Below the pieces are notes generated by a model that saw nothing but the letters and a program-made list of their open reading frames with translations, had not been told where the DNA came from and searched no databases. Position numbers and translations under genes: made by a program. A stretch of 57,405 nt of DNA, counting the filler, from an uncultured bacterium (lineage in GTDB: Bacteria > Hinthialibacterota > Hinthialibacteria > Hinthialibacterales > Hinthialibacteraceae), in the NCBI GenBank assembly GCA_964449065.1. It is 2 parts of 2 records of this genome, joined end to end, with 100 filler letters (N's around TTAATTAATTAA, not from the genome) between each part and the next. Parts side by side here need not be neighbours in the genome. Positions count along the whole stretch, not along the records: positions 28,797 to 57,405 come from CAYVAZ010000019.1; 1 more part is not named here. One strand, given 5' to 3'. Below, one piece after another: positions 35,209 through 44,373 of this stretch (position 1 is its first letter; each line of letters opens with the position of its first letter).

Positions 35209-36503
35209 TCATCGGCGGCGGTTTCGCCGGGATTGCCGCCGCTACCCGTCTCGCCGAACAACACATTCCTGTATCGCTGATCGAAAAGCGCCCCTTTTTG
35301 GGCGGCAGAACCATCTCAATTACCCACCGCGAATCCGGCGATTGGATCGACAACGGCCAGCATGTGATGATGGGCTGTTATCACAATACCCGGGCGCTTT
35401 TGCGCCGTTTGGGAACGGATTCCTGTGTGTACACACAGCCGGTGCTGGATATCCACTATCATGGGGCGGAAGGATGGCATGACCGCTTGACGTGCTCCAA
35501 ACTGCCCAGCCCTTTTCACCTCGCTTCCGGCTTGTTTTGGATGAAACAGGTGAAGTTCAACGATTTGTGGAAAGCAAGATCATTGCAAAAAGCGCTGGAT
35601 GATATTCTGCCCAATGAGACCGTATCGCAGTTGTTGGAACGTACCGGACAAACCGAAACCATAAAGCGGTTGATGTGGAATAACATTGCCCTTTCCGCTC
35701 TCAATGAAGACCCCGAAATTGCGGATGCCCGGATGTATGCCGAAGTGCTGAAGCAAGCGTTCTTCGGCGACCGTCAAGACTCCAATTTGGTGCTGCCGAT
35801 TGTTGGCCTGCAAAAGCTGCATGAAGATGCCGCGATGGATTATATTTTGGAACGCGGCGGCTATGTGCGCTCCAATCATGAAGTGAATCAGATCATTTCC
35901 GAAAACAACACGGTTAATGCGGTGCTGTTATCAAATGGTGAATCCATTGAGTGTGACAACGTTATCTCTGCCATTCCATCAGCGGCATTGCGGAAAATCA
36001 CGGAACATTCGGGGATCACCGGTCTAATCTCTACCCCTGATTTAGGCTCATCACCGATCCTGAGCGTCTATTTGTGGTATGAAAAAAAGTTTACCGATGA
36101 GCAAGTGGCCTGCACAATCGGGACCCACTTTGAATGGGTCTTTCACCGCTCCAACTTTATGTATGCCGGAGAACACAAACTAAATTGCGTGTGCTTGGTG
36201 GCAAGTGCGGCACGAAAATATTTATCCTGCAGCCGCAACGAATTGGTGCAGAAAGCCATTCATGATATGAACACGATTTATCCCGAAACCAAAAAGTTTG
36301 AGATTGCTGCTTCACATGTGTTTTGGGAACGCCACGCGACTTTTTCATGCACCCCGGAGAATGTCAACAAACGCCCCCCGCATGAAACCGGTATCCCAAA
36401 CTTCTTTCTCGCGGGCGATTGGACGGATACCGGCCTGCCCGCGACCATCGAAGGCGCCGTGCTCAGCGGCCACCGCTGCGCGGATTTGGTGTGGAACCGG
36501 TGA
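35190..36503 (+). CDS. hpnE: Hydroxysqualene dehydroxylase HpnE (FAD-dependent)
   Basis: GGGFAG, IDNGQHVMMGCY, LAGDWTDTGLPATIEGAVLSG; start moved to ATG 35190 (GGAG RBS). Confidence 0.92.
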   Translation: MVKHTVVIGGGFAGIAAATRLAEQHIPVSLIEKRPFLGGRTISITHRESGDWIDNGQHVMMGCYHNTRALLRRLGTDSCVYTQPVLDIHYHGAEGWHDRLTCSKLPSPFHLASGLFWMKQVKFNDLWKARSLQKALDDILPNETVSQLLERTGQTETIKRLMWNNIALSALNEDPEIADARMYAEVLKQAFFGDRQDSNLVLPIVGLQKLHEDAAMDYILERGGYVRSNHEVNQIISENNTVNAVLLSNGESIECDNVISAIPSAALRKITEHSGITGLISTPDLGSSPILSVYLWYEKKFTDEQVACTIGTHFEWVFHRSNFMYAGEHKLNCVCLVASAARKYLSCSRNELVQKAIHDMNTIYPETKKFEIAASHVFWERHATFSCTPENVNKRPPHETGIPNFFLAGDWTDTGLPATIEGAVLSGHRCADLVWNR

Positions 36504-36559
36504 TTTTTCTATAAATGTGAATTAGGTTTAGAAAGGCTTTTAACTGTATTTTCTAATGC

Positions 36560-36778
36560 TTACAGCCGCTCAAAATGTTTATAATTCATTTCATTCACCG
36601 CTTTAATTGCAGTGTTCGCCATTTTTTCTTGCAGGAGTTCTTCCCGGTTTTCCAGTGATTGGATACGTTTTTCATGATCTTCAATCTTATTGACTAACCG
36701 TTCCACCCTTGCTTCTAAACCATCTAAAGAGGATTTAATCGTGAAAAATTTTTCAATATAATCTATGATACTAGCCAC
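36560..36778 (-). CDS. Small coiled-coil hypothetical protein
   Basis: Heptad pattern LEARVERLVNKIEDHEKRIQSLE; GTG start overlaps the upstream stop. Confidence 0.6.
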   Translation of the reverse strand: MASIIDYIEKFFTIKSSLDGLEARVERLVNKIEDHEKRIQSLENREELLQEKMANTAIKAVNEMNYKHFERL

Positions 36779-36983
36779 CTTGGGACTCCATTTTCTCCAT
36801 GCGTTCGAATGCGTCGTCTATTTTTTGGTTCAAATTTTGTAGACGTGTGTTTAATTTATCCATCTGACTTGTCATAAACTCCAACAATTCTTGTTCAGAA
36901 ATTGTATGCTTAATCTCAGATAAATCTTCTTTGGATAAAGAAACAGTTAAAGATGACATCTCTTCATGCTGTTTAACCACCAT
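36771..36983 (-). CDS. Small coiled-coil hypothetical protein
   Basis: AAGGAGGA RBS; heptad-like C-terminal half; 35 bp after the desulfurase stop. Confidence 0.65.
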   Translation of the reverse strand: MVVKQHEEMSSLTVSLSKEDLSEIKHTISEQELLEFMTSQMDKLNTRLQNLNQKIDDAFERMEKMESQGG

Positions 36984-37018
36984 GATATCCTCCTTATTTT
37001 TTGGGATATTTTATTTCA

Positions 37019-38182
37019 TTATACCACAGAACTTTCCGCTGTGTGTTTTTCTCTCACCCGCTCAATGATCCCCGGCAAAATCTCCATAAACGTTTCAATG
37101 TGGTCATGCGTGTTGCTGCTTCCTACGGATATACGAATCGAAGAGGTGGCGTCTTCATCCGGCCGGCCGATTGCCTTAATCACATGCGACGGCTGCGTTT
37201 TACCGGAGGAACACGCGCTGCCGCTGGCAAGGCATACGCCGCTGTCTCCCATCGCGCGCACAAACTCACGGGCGTTGATATCCGGTATGGTGATGTTGAG
37301 CGTACCCGGCAGGCAGTGTTCAGTGGGGCTGTTGCGGCGGATGTTTAAATCAAGTGAGTTTACACGATCCCAAATCGCATTGCGCAGTTGGGTGCAGTGT
37401 TCTATGCGAACATCCAACTCTTTACGTGCCAATTGCGCGGCTTTGCCAAGACCCGCGATGCCGGCAACGTTTTCCGTACCGCCGCGAAAACCGCTTTCCT
37501 GCCCGCCGCCGATCATGGTGGAAACAATCGAAGTTCCTTTGCGCACATACAGCGCGCCCACACCTTTCGGTCCGTACAATTTGTGGCCGGATATCGAGAG
37601 CAAATCTACGCCCAACTCTTCAACATCCACGGGAATGCGGCCGACGGCTTGAATGGCATCGGTATGGAAGATGACTCCACGCTCGCGGGTGATTCGGCTG
37701 ATTTCCTTAATGGACTGAATGCTGCCGATCTCATTATTCGCCATCATAATGCTGACAATAGCGGTGTCACCGGTAATCGCGCTCTTCACATCCTCCGGAT
37801 TCACGAATCCCCACTCATCAACAGGCAATTTTGTGTAATGGCAGCCTACGTATTTCTCCAAAAAGTCGCAGGTTTGCCAGATGGCTGGGTGCTCAATGTT
37901 GGAAGTAATGATATGCTTTTTGCCCGTTGCGAATACCGTGCCCTTTAAGGCCATATTGTCTGATTCGGTGCCGCAGCCGGTGAACACAATGCCTTCTTCA
38001 TTGGCGTTGATGAGCCGGGCGATTTGCATCCGTGCTTTTTCAACCGCGTAACTCGCGTTTACCCCCAGCGGGTATAAACACGATGCGTTGCCCCATTCCT
38101 CTGTGAGGTAGAGTTTCATTGTCTCGAATACTTCCGGATGCACCGGTGTTGTCGCGTTGTGATCGAAATAAATCGTCTCCAT
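37019..38182 (-). CDS. iscS: Cysteine desulfurase (IscS/NifS group I)
   Basis: YFDHNATTP, SGHKLYGPKG (PLP Lys), SGSACSSG (catalytic Cys). Confidence 0.93.
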   Translation of the reverse strand: METIYFDHNATTPVHPEVFETMKLYLTEEWGNASCLYPLGVNASYAVEKARMQIARLINANEEGIVFTGCGTESDNMALKGTVFATGKKHIITSNIEHPAIWQTCDFLEKYVGCHYTKLPVDEWGFVNPEDVKSAITGDTAIVSIMMANNEIGSIQSIKEISRITRERGVIFHTDAIQAVGRIPVDVEELGVDLLSISGHKLYGPKGVGALYVRKGTSIVSTMIGGGQESGFRGGTENVAGIAGLGKAAQLARKELDVRIEHCTQLRNAIWDRVNSLDLNIRRNSPTEHCLPGTLNITIPDINAREFVRAMGDSGVCLASGSACSSGKTQPSHVIKAIGRPDEDATSSIRISVGSSNTHDHIETFMEILPGIIERVREKHTAESSVV

Positions 38183-38381
38183 AAGCCATTCCTTATCAAT
38201 AGAGTGAATTTATAGTTTAACCGGAACAAATTGATGAGGGAATGACACTGCCGGAATCCTGTAAATATCATGGTTTGTTTGTAAGATAACGGATTGCAAT
38301 CTCTGGTTTTATTCGCGTGAATCCGCGTTCATTCGCGGTTAAAATAATCTAGGAACATGCACAATAATATTGGATGAACGT

Positions 38382-39779
38382 ATGGCAGCCCACATTTTAT
38401 TGATTGACGATGACGATGATATCCGCCGCCTACTCGAAGCGCGCCTGAAACAAAAAGGCTTTAAGGTTACCAGCGGAATCTGCATTGCGGATTTATGGAA
38501 ATTGCTGAAAGAGCAAGAATTTCAAACCGTGCTGCTGGATTACCAACTGCCCGACGGCGATGGGATTTCTTCGATCCCGGAAGTGCATGAGTTGGAACCC
38601 GCATTGCCTGTGATTATCATCACCGCCTTGGGAAGCATTGAGACTGCTGTTGAAGCCATGAAGCAGGGTGCCTATAACTTCTGCCCCAAACCCATCGATT
38701 TTGACCGCCTCGAAACGCTGATTCAAAACGCTGTCGAGCACAACCAGCTACAAAACCGGGTTTCGCAGTTAGAAAAATCCCGCCGCCGTACCTTCCAAGG
38801 CATGGTGGGCGGCAGCAATGAAATGCAGGTGATCTACAACACCATTGAGACGGTTGCGCCCTCAAAAGCGCCGGTATTAATCACAGGAGAAAGCGGTACC
38901 GGGAAAGAGCTGGTCGCCGCGGCTATACACAACCTCTCTCCGCGCAAGTCCAAGCCGTTGGTTGATGTTAATTGTGCGGCCATTCCCAAAGACCTGCTGG
39001 AAAGCGAGTTGTTCGGTCATGAAAAATCCGCGTTTACCGGCGCAACCGAACGCTCCATCGGACGCTGTGAACAGGCCGACGGATCAACCCTGTTCTTAGA
39101 TGAAATCGGTGAGATGGATTTGGGCCTGCAAGCCAAAATGCTGCGCTTTTTGCAGGAAAAAGCGCTCTACCGTGTAGGCGGCAAACAAAAAATCCAGGTG
39201 GACGCGCGCATTGTATCCGCCACCAACCGTGACCCTAAAAAAGCGATTAAAGAAGAAATTATCCGTGAGGATTTATACTACCGCCTGAATGTAGTAAACA
39301 TCCACCTGCCGCCGTTGCGTGAGCGTACCGAAGATATTCTCCCCTTAGCCAAACACTTCTTACGGAAGTATTCGAAAGAAAACGAAAAAGAATTTGATGA
39401 CATTCGTTCCGATACCGTCGAAATGCTCTGCGCCTATCACTGGAAGGGAAATGTGCGTGAGTTGGAGAACGCCGTTCAACAATGCGTGGTGATGCATCAG
39501 GGAACCGAACTCACTCCAAACATGCTGCCGGCGAATATCCGCAAAGAGTTCGGTACCAATGAGGTTGAAGAAGAAGCGCCCTCAGAAGCCCGCGAAGGCA
39601 AAGATCTCTTCGCCGGTGAAATCATCCCGCTGGATGTGCTGGAACGCCAAGCCATTGAACACGCGCTCAAACTCACAAAAGGCAACGTCACCAAAACTTC
39701 GGCGGCGCTCAACATCAGCCAGGCAACGCTGTACCGTAAAATACGCGATTACAATTTTAATTTGAAAACTTATAAATAA
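38382..39779 (+). CDS. Sigma54-dependent response regulator (REC-AAA+-HTH, NtrC/AtoC family)
   Basis: REC ([16 protein letters not shown]), [39 protein letters not shown], Fis-type HTH. Confidence 0.95.
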   Translation: MAAHILLIDDDDDIRRLLEARLKQKGFKVTSGICIADLWKLLKEQEFQTVLLDYQLPDGDGISSIPEVHELEPALPVIIITALGSIETAVEAMKQGAYNFCPKPIDFDRLETLIQNAVEHNQLQNRVSQLEKSRRRTFQGMVGGSNEMQVIYNTIETVAPSKAPVLITGESGTGKELVAAAIHNLSPRKSKPLVDVNCAAIPKDLLESELFGHEKSAFTGATERSIGRCEQADGSTLFLDEIGEMDLGLQAKMLRFLQEKALYRVGGKQKIQVDARIVSATNRDPKKAIKEEIIREDLYYRLNVVNIHLPPLRERTEDILPLAKHFLRKYSKENEKEFDDIRSDTVEMLCAYHWKGNVRELENAVQQCVVMHQGTELTPNMLPANIRKEFGTNEVEEEAPSEAREGKDLFAGEIIPLDVLERQAIEHALKLTKGNVTKTSAALNISQATLYRKIRDYNFNLKTYK

Positions 39780-39974
39780 TTCTATAAAATTCATTTATCT
39801 CAAGAATCAATATTATTAACATTATTTAACTTTTTGATAAATTATATTGCTTCTGTTAAAATGTGCAATTGTTAAATTTTTGCTATTATAATAACCAAAA
39901 ACTAATATTCAAACGGTAGTCTTTTCGTGTATAATACGTCCGCTTTTGGTAAATCATTGTAAAGGGGATTGATC

Positions 39975-40361
39975 ATGAGTTTTCTTTCTCTACTCACAAA
40001 GGCGGGGATAACCGGCGCTGTGGTGACCTTTTCGTACGGAACAGCCGAAGACGTCATCAAAGGCCTGTTAAGCAGTGTTGAAGTCAATGCCGCAATGGCC
40101 GATATGCGCATGCTGCACGGTAAATTGATGGAATACTACACGTCGTTTGAACGCTATCCGCGAACCAAGAACGAAATGGTTACCTATCTGAAAAATGAAT
40201 TCGATACCGACCTCGAGATTGTACTGACCGATCCTTGGATGAAGCAATACAACTTTTTCGTGCCGAAGTATGAAATTCATAGTAACGGACCCGATATCAA
40301 ACCGCAAACCAAAGACGATTTGGGTGTGGAGTATCCCAAAAACGTCAAGCGGCCCTTTTAA
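39975..40361 (+). CDS. Small GspG-domain-like protein without a canonical prepilin leader
   Basis: Y...RYP, DPW..Y, EIHSNGPD...TKDDL resemble the T2SS protein G C-terminal signature. Confidence 0.65.
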   Translation: MSFLSLLTKAGITGAVVTFSYGTAEDVIKGLLSSVEVNAAMADMRMLHGKLMEYYTSFERYPRTKNEMVTYLKNEFDTDLEIVLTDPWMKQYNFFVPKYEIHSNGPDIKPQTKDDLGVEYPKNVKRPF

Positions 40362-40412
40362 TTTGGATAAATTTTTGCTTTGTTATGCAGATGAAATGAC
40401 AGCGGGGGAACC

Positions 40413-43400
40413 ATGAACAGCGGCAATAACTTTTTTTCGTTTATCCCACAACTGAAACCCTATCAAATCATTCCGTCTGAAGATGACCCCAAAGAGTTTA
40501 TTCTTTTGTTGGAAGAAAACGGCGCGGCGTTGGGAATCAATCATACCGAACGGCGGTTGATCGAATACTGCGACGGCCGTTCCGCCATCGGCGATATGAT
40601 CCTGCGCGTGACGAATGAATCCTCCGCCCGCATCACCGATATCCGCCGCCTGATATGGGACCTTGACCGCTTTGGCTTTTTCGAATCCTCCCCCTGGGAA
40701 GAACTGAATGTCCCGTATGCCTGGGGGTATTGGGGCATCAAAAAGCCCATACTCAAAACCGTTTACTACTCTTCCGTTTTGGGCGGATTGGAACGTCAAA
40801 TCGCGTCCTGGGCGCTGCATCCCATCGTTCTGCTGATTTCATTTTTGATCGCGTGCGGTCTCTTTTGGTGGAGCATTCCGGTTTGGACGGAGACACCGTT
40901 ATTTATTGTGAATCAATCGTTCGCGTTTGGAATGCTGGTTTTAATCGTCGGTATATTGGCGTGTGTCTTTATTTCATCCTGGGCGGCGGCAGCGGGTTTG
41001 CGTTCGGTGCATGACAGCCCGGTGGGCATGGTGTTTTTCTGGCAAAGCCCCTTCCCGCGCGTGATGCTGGATGGCCGGCGCGTCCGCTCTCTTTCGCTTA
41101 CCAAAAGCATGTGCGCTGGACTGATTCCCGCCGTGAAGTTGGTCTGGATCGCGACCCTGTTCTCGCTAGCGGCTTCTTTAAGTGAAGGCGTGCGCCGCGA
41201 ATGGTTGGTGCACATCAGCTTGGCGGCGCTCATGACCGCCTTCGGAGTCATCCTTCCTTGGTTCTCTACGGTTCTTTCCCGCGATATTGTTTTGCGCCTG
41301 CGGGGCGATTCCGTGTTTTGGACGACCCTGCGTTCCGTGAAATTGGCCTGTCAATCTCTGTTTCAATCCAGCCAAAAAAAGCAACTGCATGAACGCTTAT
41401 TCTTATGGTGGGGGGTCTGGGCTATCCTCAGTTCCCTCATCCTTATTCGCTTGATGGCCTCATTGTTCCGCGCTGATTATCCGGTTTTGCTGGGGCATTT
41501 CTTGCAGGAAGACAGCGCGCTTGTTTTGTGGATTTTTATCGTAGTCTCCTCAATTATAATCATCGGCGTTATTGGCGCTTTGTTGACGTTCATCACCTGG
41601 ATCATTCGTGAAGGCATTAAAGAAATCCGCCTGCGCGCGTTCCCGCAACACGACCAAAAAATCGCGGCAAGCGTGATTCTATCCATTCTATTTGTTGCCG
41701 TGGTATGCATCGCATCCGGCTCCCATACTTCTTCGGAGTTCTTACATGTCTCATCTTTAATCATTGGCGCCGGTATCAGCTTATTTGCCCTCCGGATGCT
41801 GGTGTTTGAAAACAAGGGCTTTCCATTCTATTTGCATCTGCACGGCATCCTGACCGGTATCATGATTTGTTGGTTGGGATATGGCAGCAACCTTTTTTCA
41901 ATTTCAGTGCCATTCAAACTGGATTGGATAGCTATACTCTTGTCGTTGGTTGGAGTGTTTGTTGTCAGTTTGGCTCGCCAATACCCGCTCTGGGGCAGGG
42001 AAGCGAAGATATCTAAAAACAACAAACTGCTGTTTTGCTCTTCCTTTTTTGTGTTTTTAATCATTATTCATTTGATGATCAATTTTGGGAACCTGAATAC
42101 CGGTATGTCTTTAGTTGATGTCCGATCGCTGCTGGTCGCGTTAGAAATCCTAACATTGGTCGCCCTCATGAAGATGTGCCAAACGGCGTTTTCACCCCTT
42201 CCACTTATCTTCTTGTATGGAGTTGGAATCGGAGCAATTGCTCCCTTTCTCATGGAGGGATTGCGCTCACCCATGGATCCGACGCTCCATGTCATTACGC
42301 TGGCTTTTTTGGTTGGAGCAACGATTGCCGTTTATATTTTATATTTCGGCATCAGCAGCCGGGTGGCGTTACAGGTCCATCAACCGGTTAAAACGCGCAA
42401 AAATAATTCTCCCGCAATCGCAACAATCGATCACGCCATTTTATCTGGATTGGAACTGTTGCTGCCTGCCCAAGGTAAACCGGCATTGCACCAAATTCCG
42501 GGTGAAGATGAAATCCGTTCCGCGTTGCGTTTGATTGCAAACCGGGTTGGACTCCGATTGATGCAAGCGCTCTTTTATCGTGCCGCCCATGAACTCCCTT
42601 GGCACGCCGCCCAAAAACTGGCCGCGCTCATGCCGCCTGCCGTTCCACTTCCCAAAGTGGGCAAATGGAACGACGAGCAAATCATCTCCTATTTACGCAA
42701 TGTCCCTACCTTTATGAATGCCGGGGATGAAATCGAACGCATCGCCCAAATCGCCCGTTTCCGCTTCTTTCAAACCGAAGACCGGCTGATTACTCAAGAT
42801 ACAGTCGAGGATGACCTTTTAATCATCGTTCAGGGGAAAGCGGCCGTGGATATCGAACATCCCTTCGGCCACAGCCGCATCGCCGTGATGGCGGCCGGAG
42901 ATTTTGTCGGCGAAATCGGCTTTCTTTCCGGCGCGCCCCGTACCGCGACCGTGCGTGCTTTGGAACCGGTCACCGTGCTCGCAGTGAGCCGCAACGATAT
43001 CGGTGAATCCATGCCGAAGACCTTAGCTGGCATCCGCAATGCCGAAGCCGGGCAATCCTGGCTGCAAGCGCTGGCCCAGTACAACATCTTCCGCGAGTTT
43101 TCGCCCACGCTGCTTGCGCGCGTTTGCCTGGAATCCCAGCACGTTCATCTGGAAGTGAGCCGCACACTCCTGATGCATCAAGACGCCTTTCAAAACAATG
43201 TGGCCGTGCTGCTTTCCGGAGAAGCGGTATTGCAGCAGGATGAAGAAAATACCAAACTCAACCCCGGCAGCATTGCGGGACTGGTTGAAACCATTCTGGA
43301 TGAACCCCTGCGCGGCATCATCCGCGCGGATACCCCTGCCCATCTGCTGCTGGTTGAACGCGGCCTTTTCCGCAGTGCGCTCATCGAACTTCTCACCCCC

Positions 43401-43439
43401 AAACAAATTCTCACCTTGCAGGACACCACCGCATCATAA
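40413..43439 (+). CDS. Large polytopic membrane protein: PqqD/RRE-like N-terminus, M50-like region lacking HExxH, two C-terminal cNMP-binding domains
   Basis: LIEYCDGRSAIGDM...LIWDLDRFGFF; many TM helices; GDFVGEIGFLSGAPRTATVRA phosphate-binding cassette; second, degenerate cNMP domain. Confidence 0.75.
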   Translation: MNSGNNFFSFIPQLKPYQIIPSEDDPKEFILLLEENGAALGINHTERRLIEYCDGRSAIGDMILRVTNESSARITDIRRLIWDLDRFGFFESSPWEELNVPYAWGYWGIKKPILKTVYYSSVLGGLERQIASWALHPIVLLISFLIACGLFWWSIPVWTETPLFIVNQSFAFGMLVLIVGILACVFISSWAAAAGLRSVHDSPVGMVFFWQSPFPRVMLDGRRVRSLSLTKSMCAGLIPAVKLVWIATLFSLAASLSEGVRREWLVHISLAALMTAFGVILPWFSTVLSRDIVLRLRGDSVFWTTLRSVKLACQSLFQSSQKKQLHERLFLWWGVWAILSSLILIRLMASLFRADYPVLLGHFLQEDSALVLWIFIVVSSIIIIGVIGALLTFITWIIREGIKEIRLRAFPQHDQKIAASVILSILFVAVVCIASGSHTSSEFLHVSSLIIGAGISLFALRMLVFENKGFPFYLHLHGILTGIMICWLGYGSNLFSISVPFKLDWIAILLSLVGVFVVSLARQYPLWGREAKISKNNKLLFCSSFFVFLIIIHLMINFGNLNTGMSLVDVRSLLVALEILTLVALMKMCQTAFSPLPLIFLYGVGIGAIAPFLMEGLRSPMDPTLHVITLAFLVGATIAVYILYFGISSRVALQVHQPVKTRKNNSPAIATIDHAILSGLELLLPAQGKPALHQIPGEDEIRSALRLIANRVGLRLMQALFYRAAHELPWHAAQKLAALMPPAVPLPKVGKWNDEQIISYLRNVPTFMNAGDEIERIAQIARFRFFQTEDRLITQDTVEDDLLIIVQGKAAVDIEHPFGHSRIAVMAAGDFVGEIGFLSGAPRTATVRALEPVTVLAVSRNDIGESMPKTLAGIRNAEAGQSWLQALAQYNIFREFSPTLLARVCLESQHVHLEVSRTLLMHQDAFQNNVAVLLSGEAVLQQDEENTKLNPGSIAGLVETILDEPLRGIIRADTPAHLLLVERGLFRSALIELLTPKQILTLQDTTAS

Positions 43440-43542
43440 CATTATGTTCATCCTTTCGGCGGGTGCGGGTGTATGTTGTCTCTCTCAGTAAAAAGAGATT
43501 GTTCCAGAGAAGCAATGCGAATGCAGTGTACTTATACCCAAT

Positions 43543-43700
43543 CGATCCCCCCCTACCCCCCCCTTAACAAGGGGGGGGGCAACAACGGCCATACCCTGCA
43601 ATTAGGGATGAACCTGCCTTATCACAAGCGATGCTCCGTTCCAAAACCCCCTTGCATAAGGGGGTGGAGCCGCAGGCTCCGGGGGATTTTGCGTTGTTGG
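43543..43700. repeat. Family-B poly-C/poly-G hairpin modules in permuted order
   Basis: cccttaacaaggg and cccccttgcataaggggg-tggagccgcaggctccggggg modules shared with 28613, 47023 and 51387. Confidence 0.8.
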
Positions 43701-43854
43701 GTTACGCTTCGGTCTCAACTGCTTCGCGAACTCAATCGAGCATTGGTTACGCCGCATGACCGGCGGGAGAAGTGACATGTATCCGGCGTGTTCTGTTCAA
43801 TTCAACTTTCGTTGATTTTATGATAGTGTACTATGTAGATATGAAGGCAAACTC

Positions 43855-44367
43855 ATGATTAATCATTTCTATTGGATCATTGAAGGCAAACTGGCCGGCA
43901 TGGCAATGCCCACCGCGGCCCGTGCCTATGCCTATTTGGAAGACGCGGACAAAATCGCCAAAGAAGAATTTCAATACGAAATTCAAGATTTACAGTCGAA
44001 AGGCATCAAGGCGGTTGTAACCTTAACCGAATCCGCTCTCGCCGATGCTCCGTTTAAACAAGCGGGGATAGAGTATTTGCACATCCCCATTATCGATATG
44101 TCTCCTCCCACGATGGAGCAGATACAACAGTTTGTTGCGTTCGTGAACCATTCGCTTGAACACGATAAACCGGTGGTGGCACATTGTTTAGGCGGCAACG
44201 GCAGAACCGGTACGATGTTGGCCTGTTATCTGGTCTCGCAAGGCCATTCGTCTTCCGAAGCGATTCGGCAGGTGCGCCGGCAAAATCCCAGTGCGATTGA
44301 AACGCTGTCGCAAGAAGAAGCCGTCATCGAGTACGCCGTCAAACACGCGCAATCATCCAAAGAATGA
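43855..44367 (+). CDS. Dual-specificity protein phosphatase family protein
   Basis: HCLGGNGRTG (CX5R), PIIDMSPP acid loop, AIETLSQ. Confidence 0.92.
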   Translation: MINHFYWIIEGKLAGMAMPTAARAYAYLEDADKIAKEEFQYEIQDLQSKGIKAVVTLTESALADAPFKQAGIEYLHIPIIDMSPPTMEQIQQFVAFVNHSLEHDKPVVAHCLGGNGRTGTMLACYLVSQGHSSSEAIRQVRRQNPSAIETLSQEEAVIEYAVKHAQSSKE

Positions 44368-44373
44368 AAACCA

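Noticed and set aside
43473..43775. 100-aa ORF with PPYPPLNKGG (also 29159-29353 and 46764-47060)
   Set aside because: Translation of the family-B hairpin repeat
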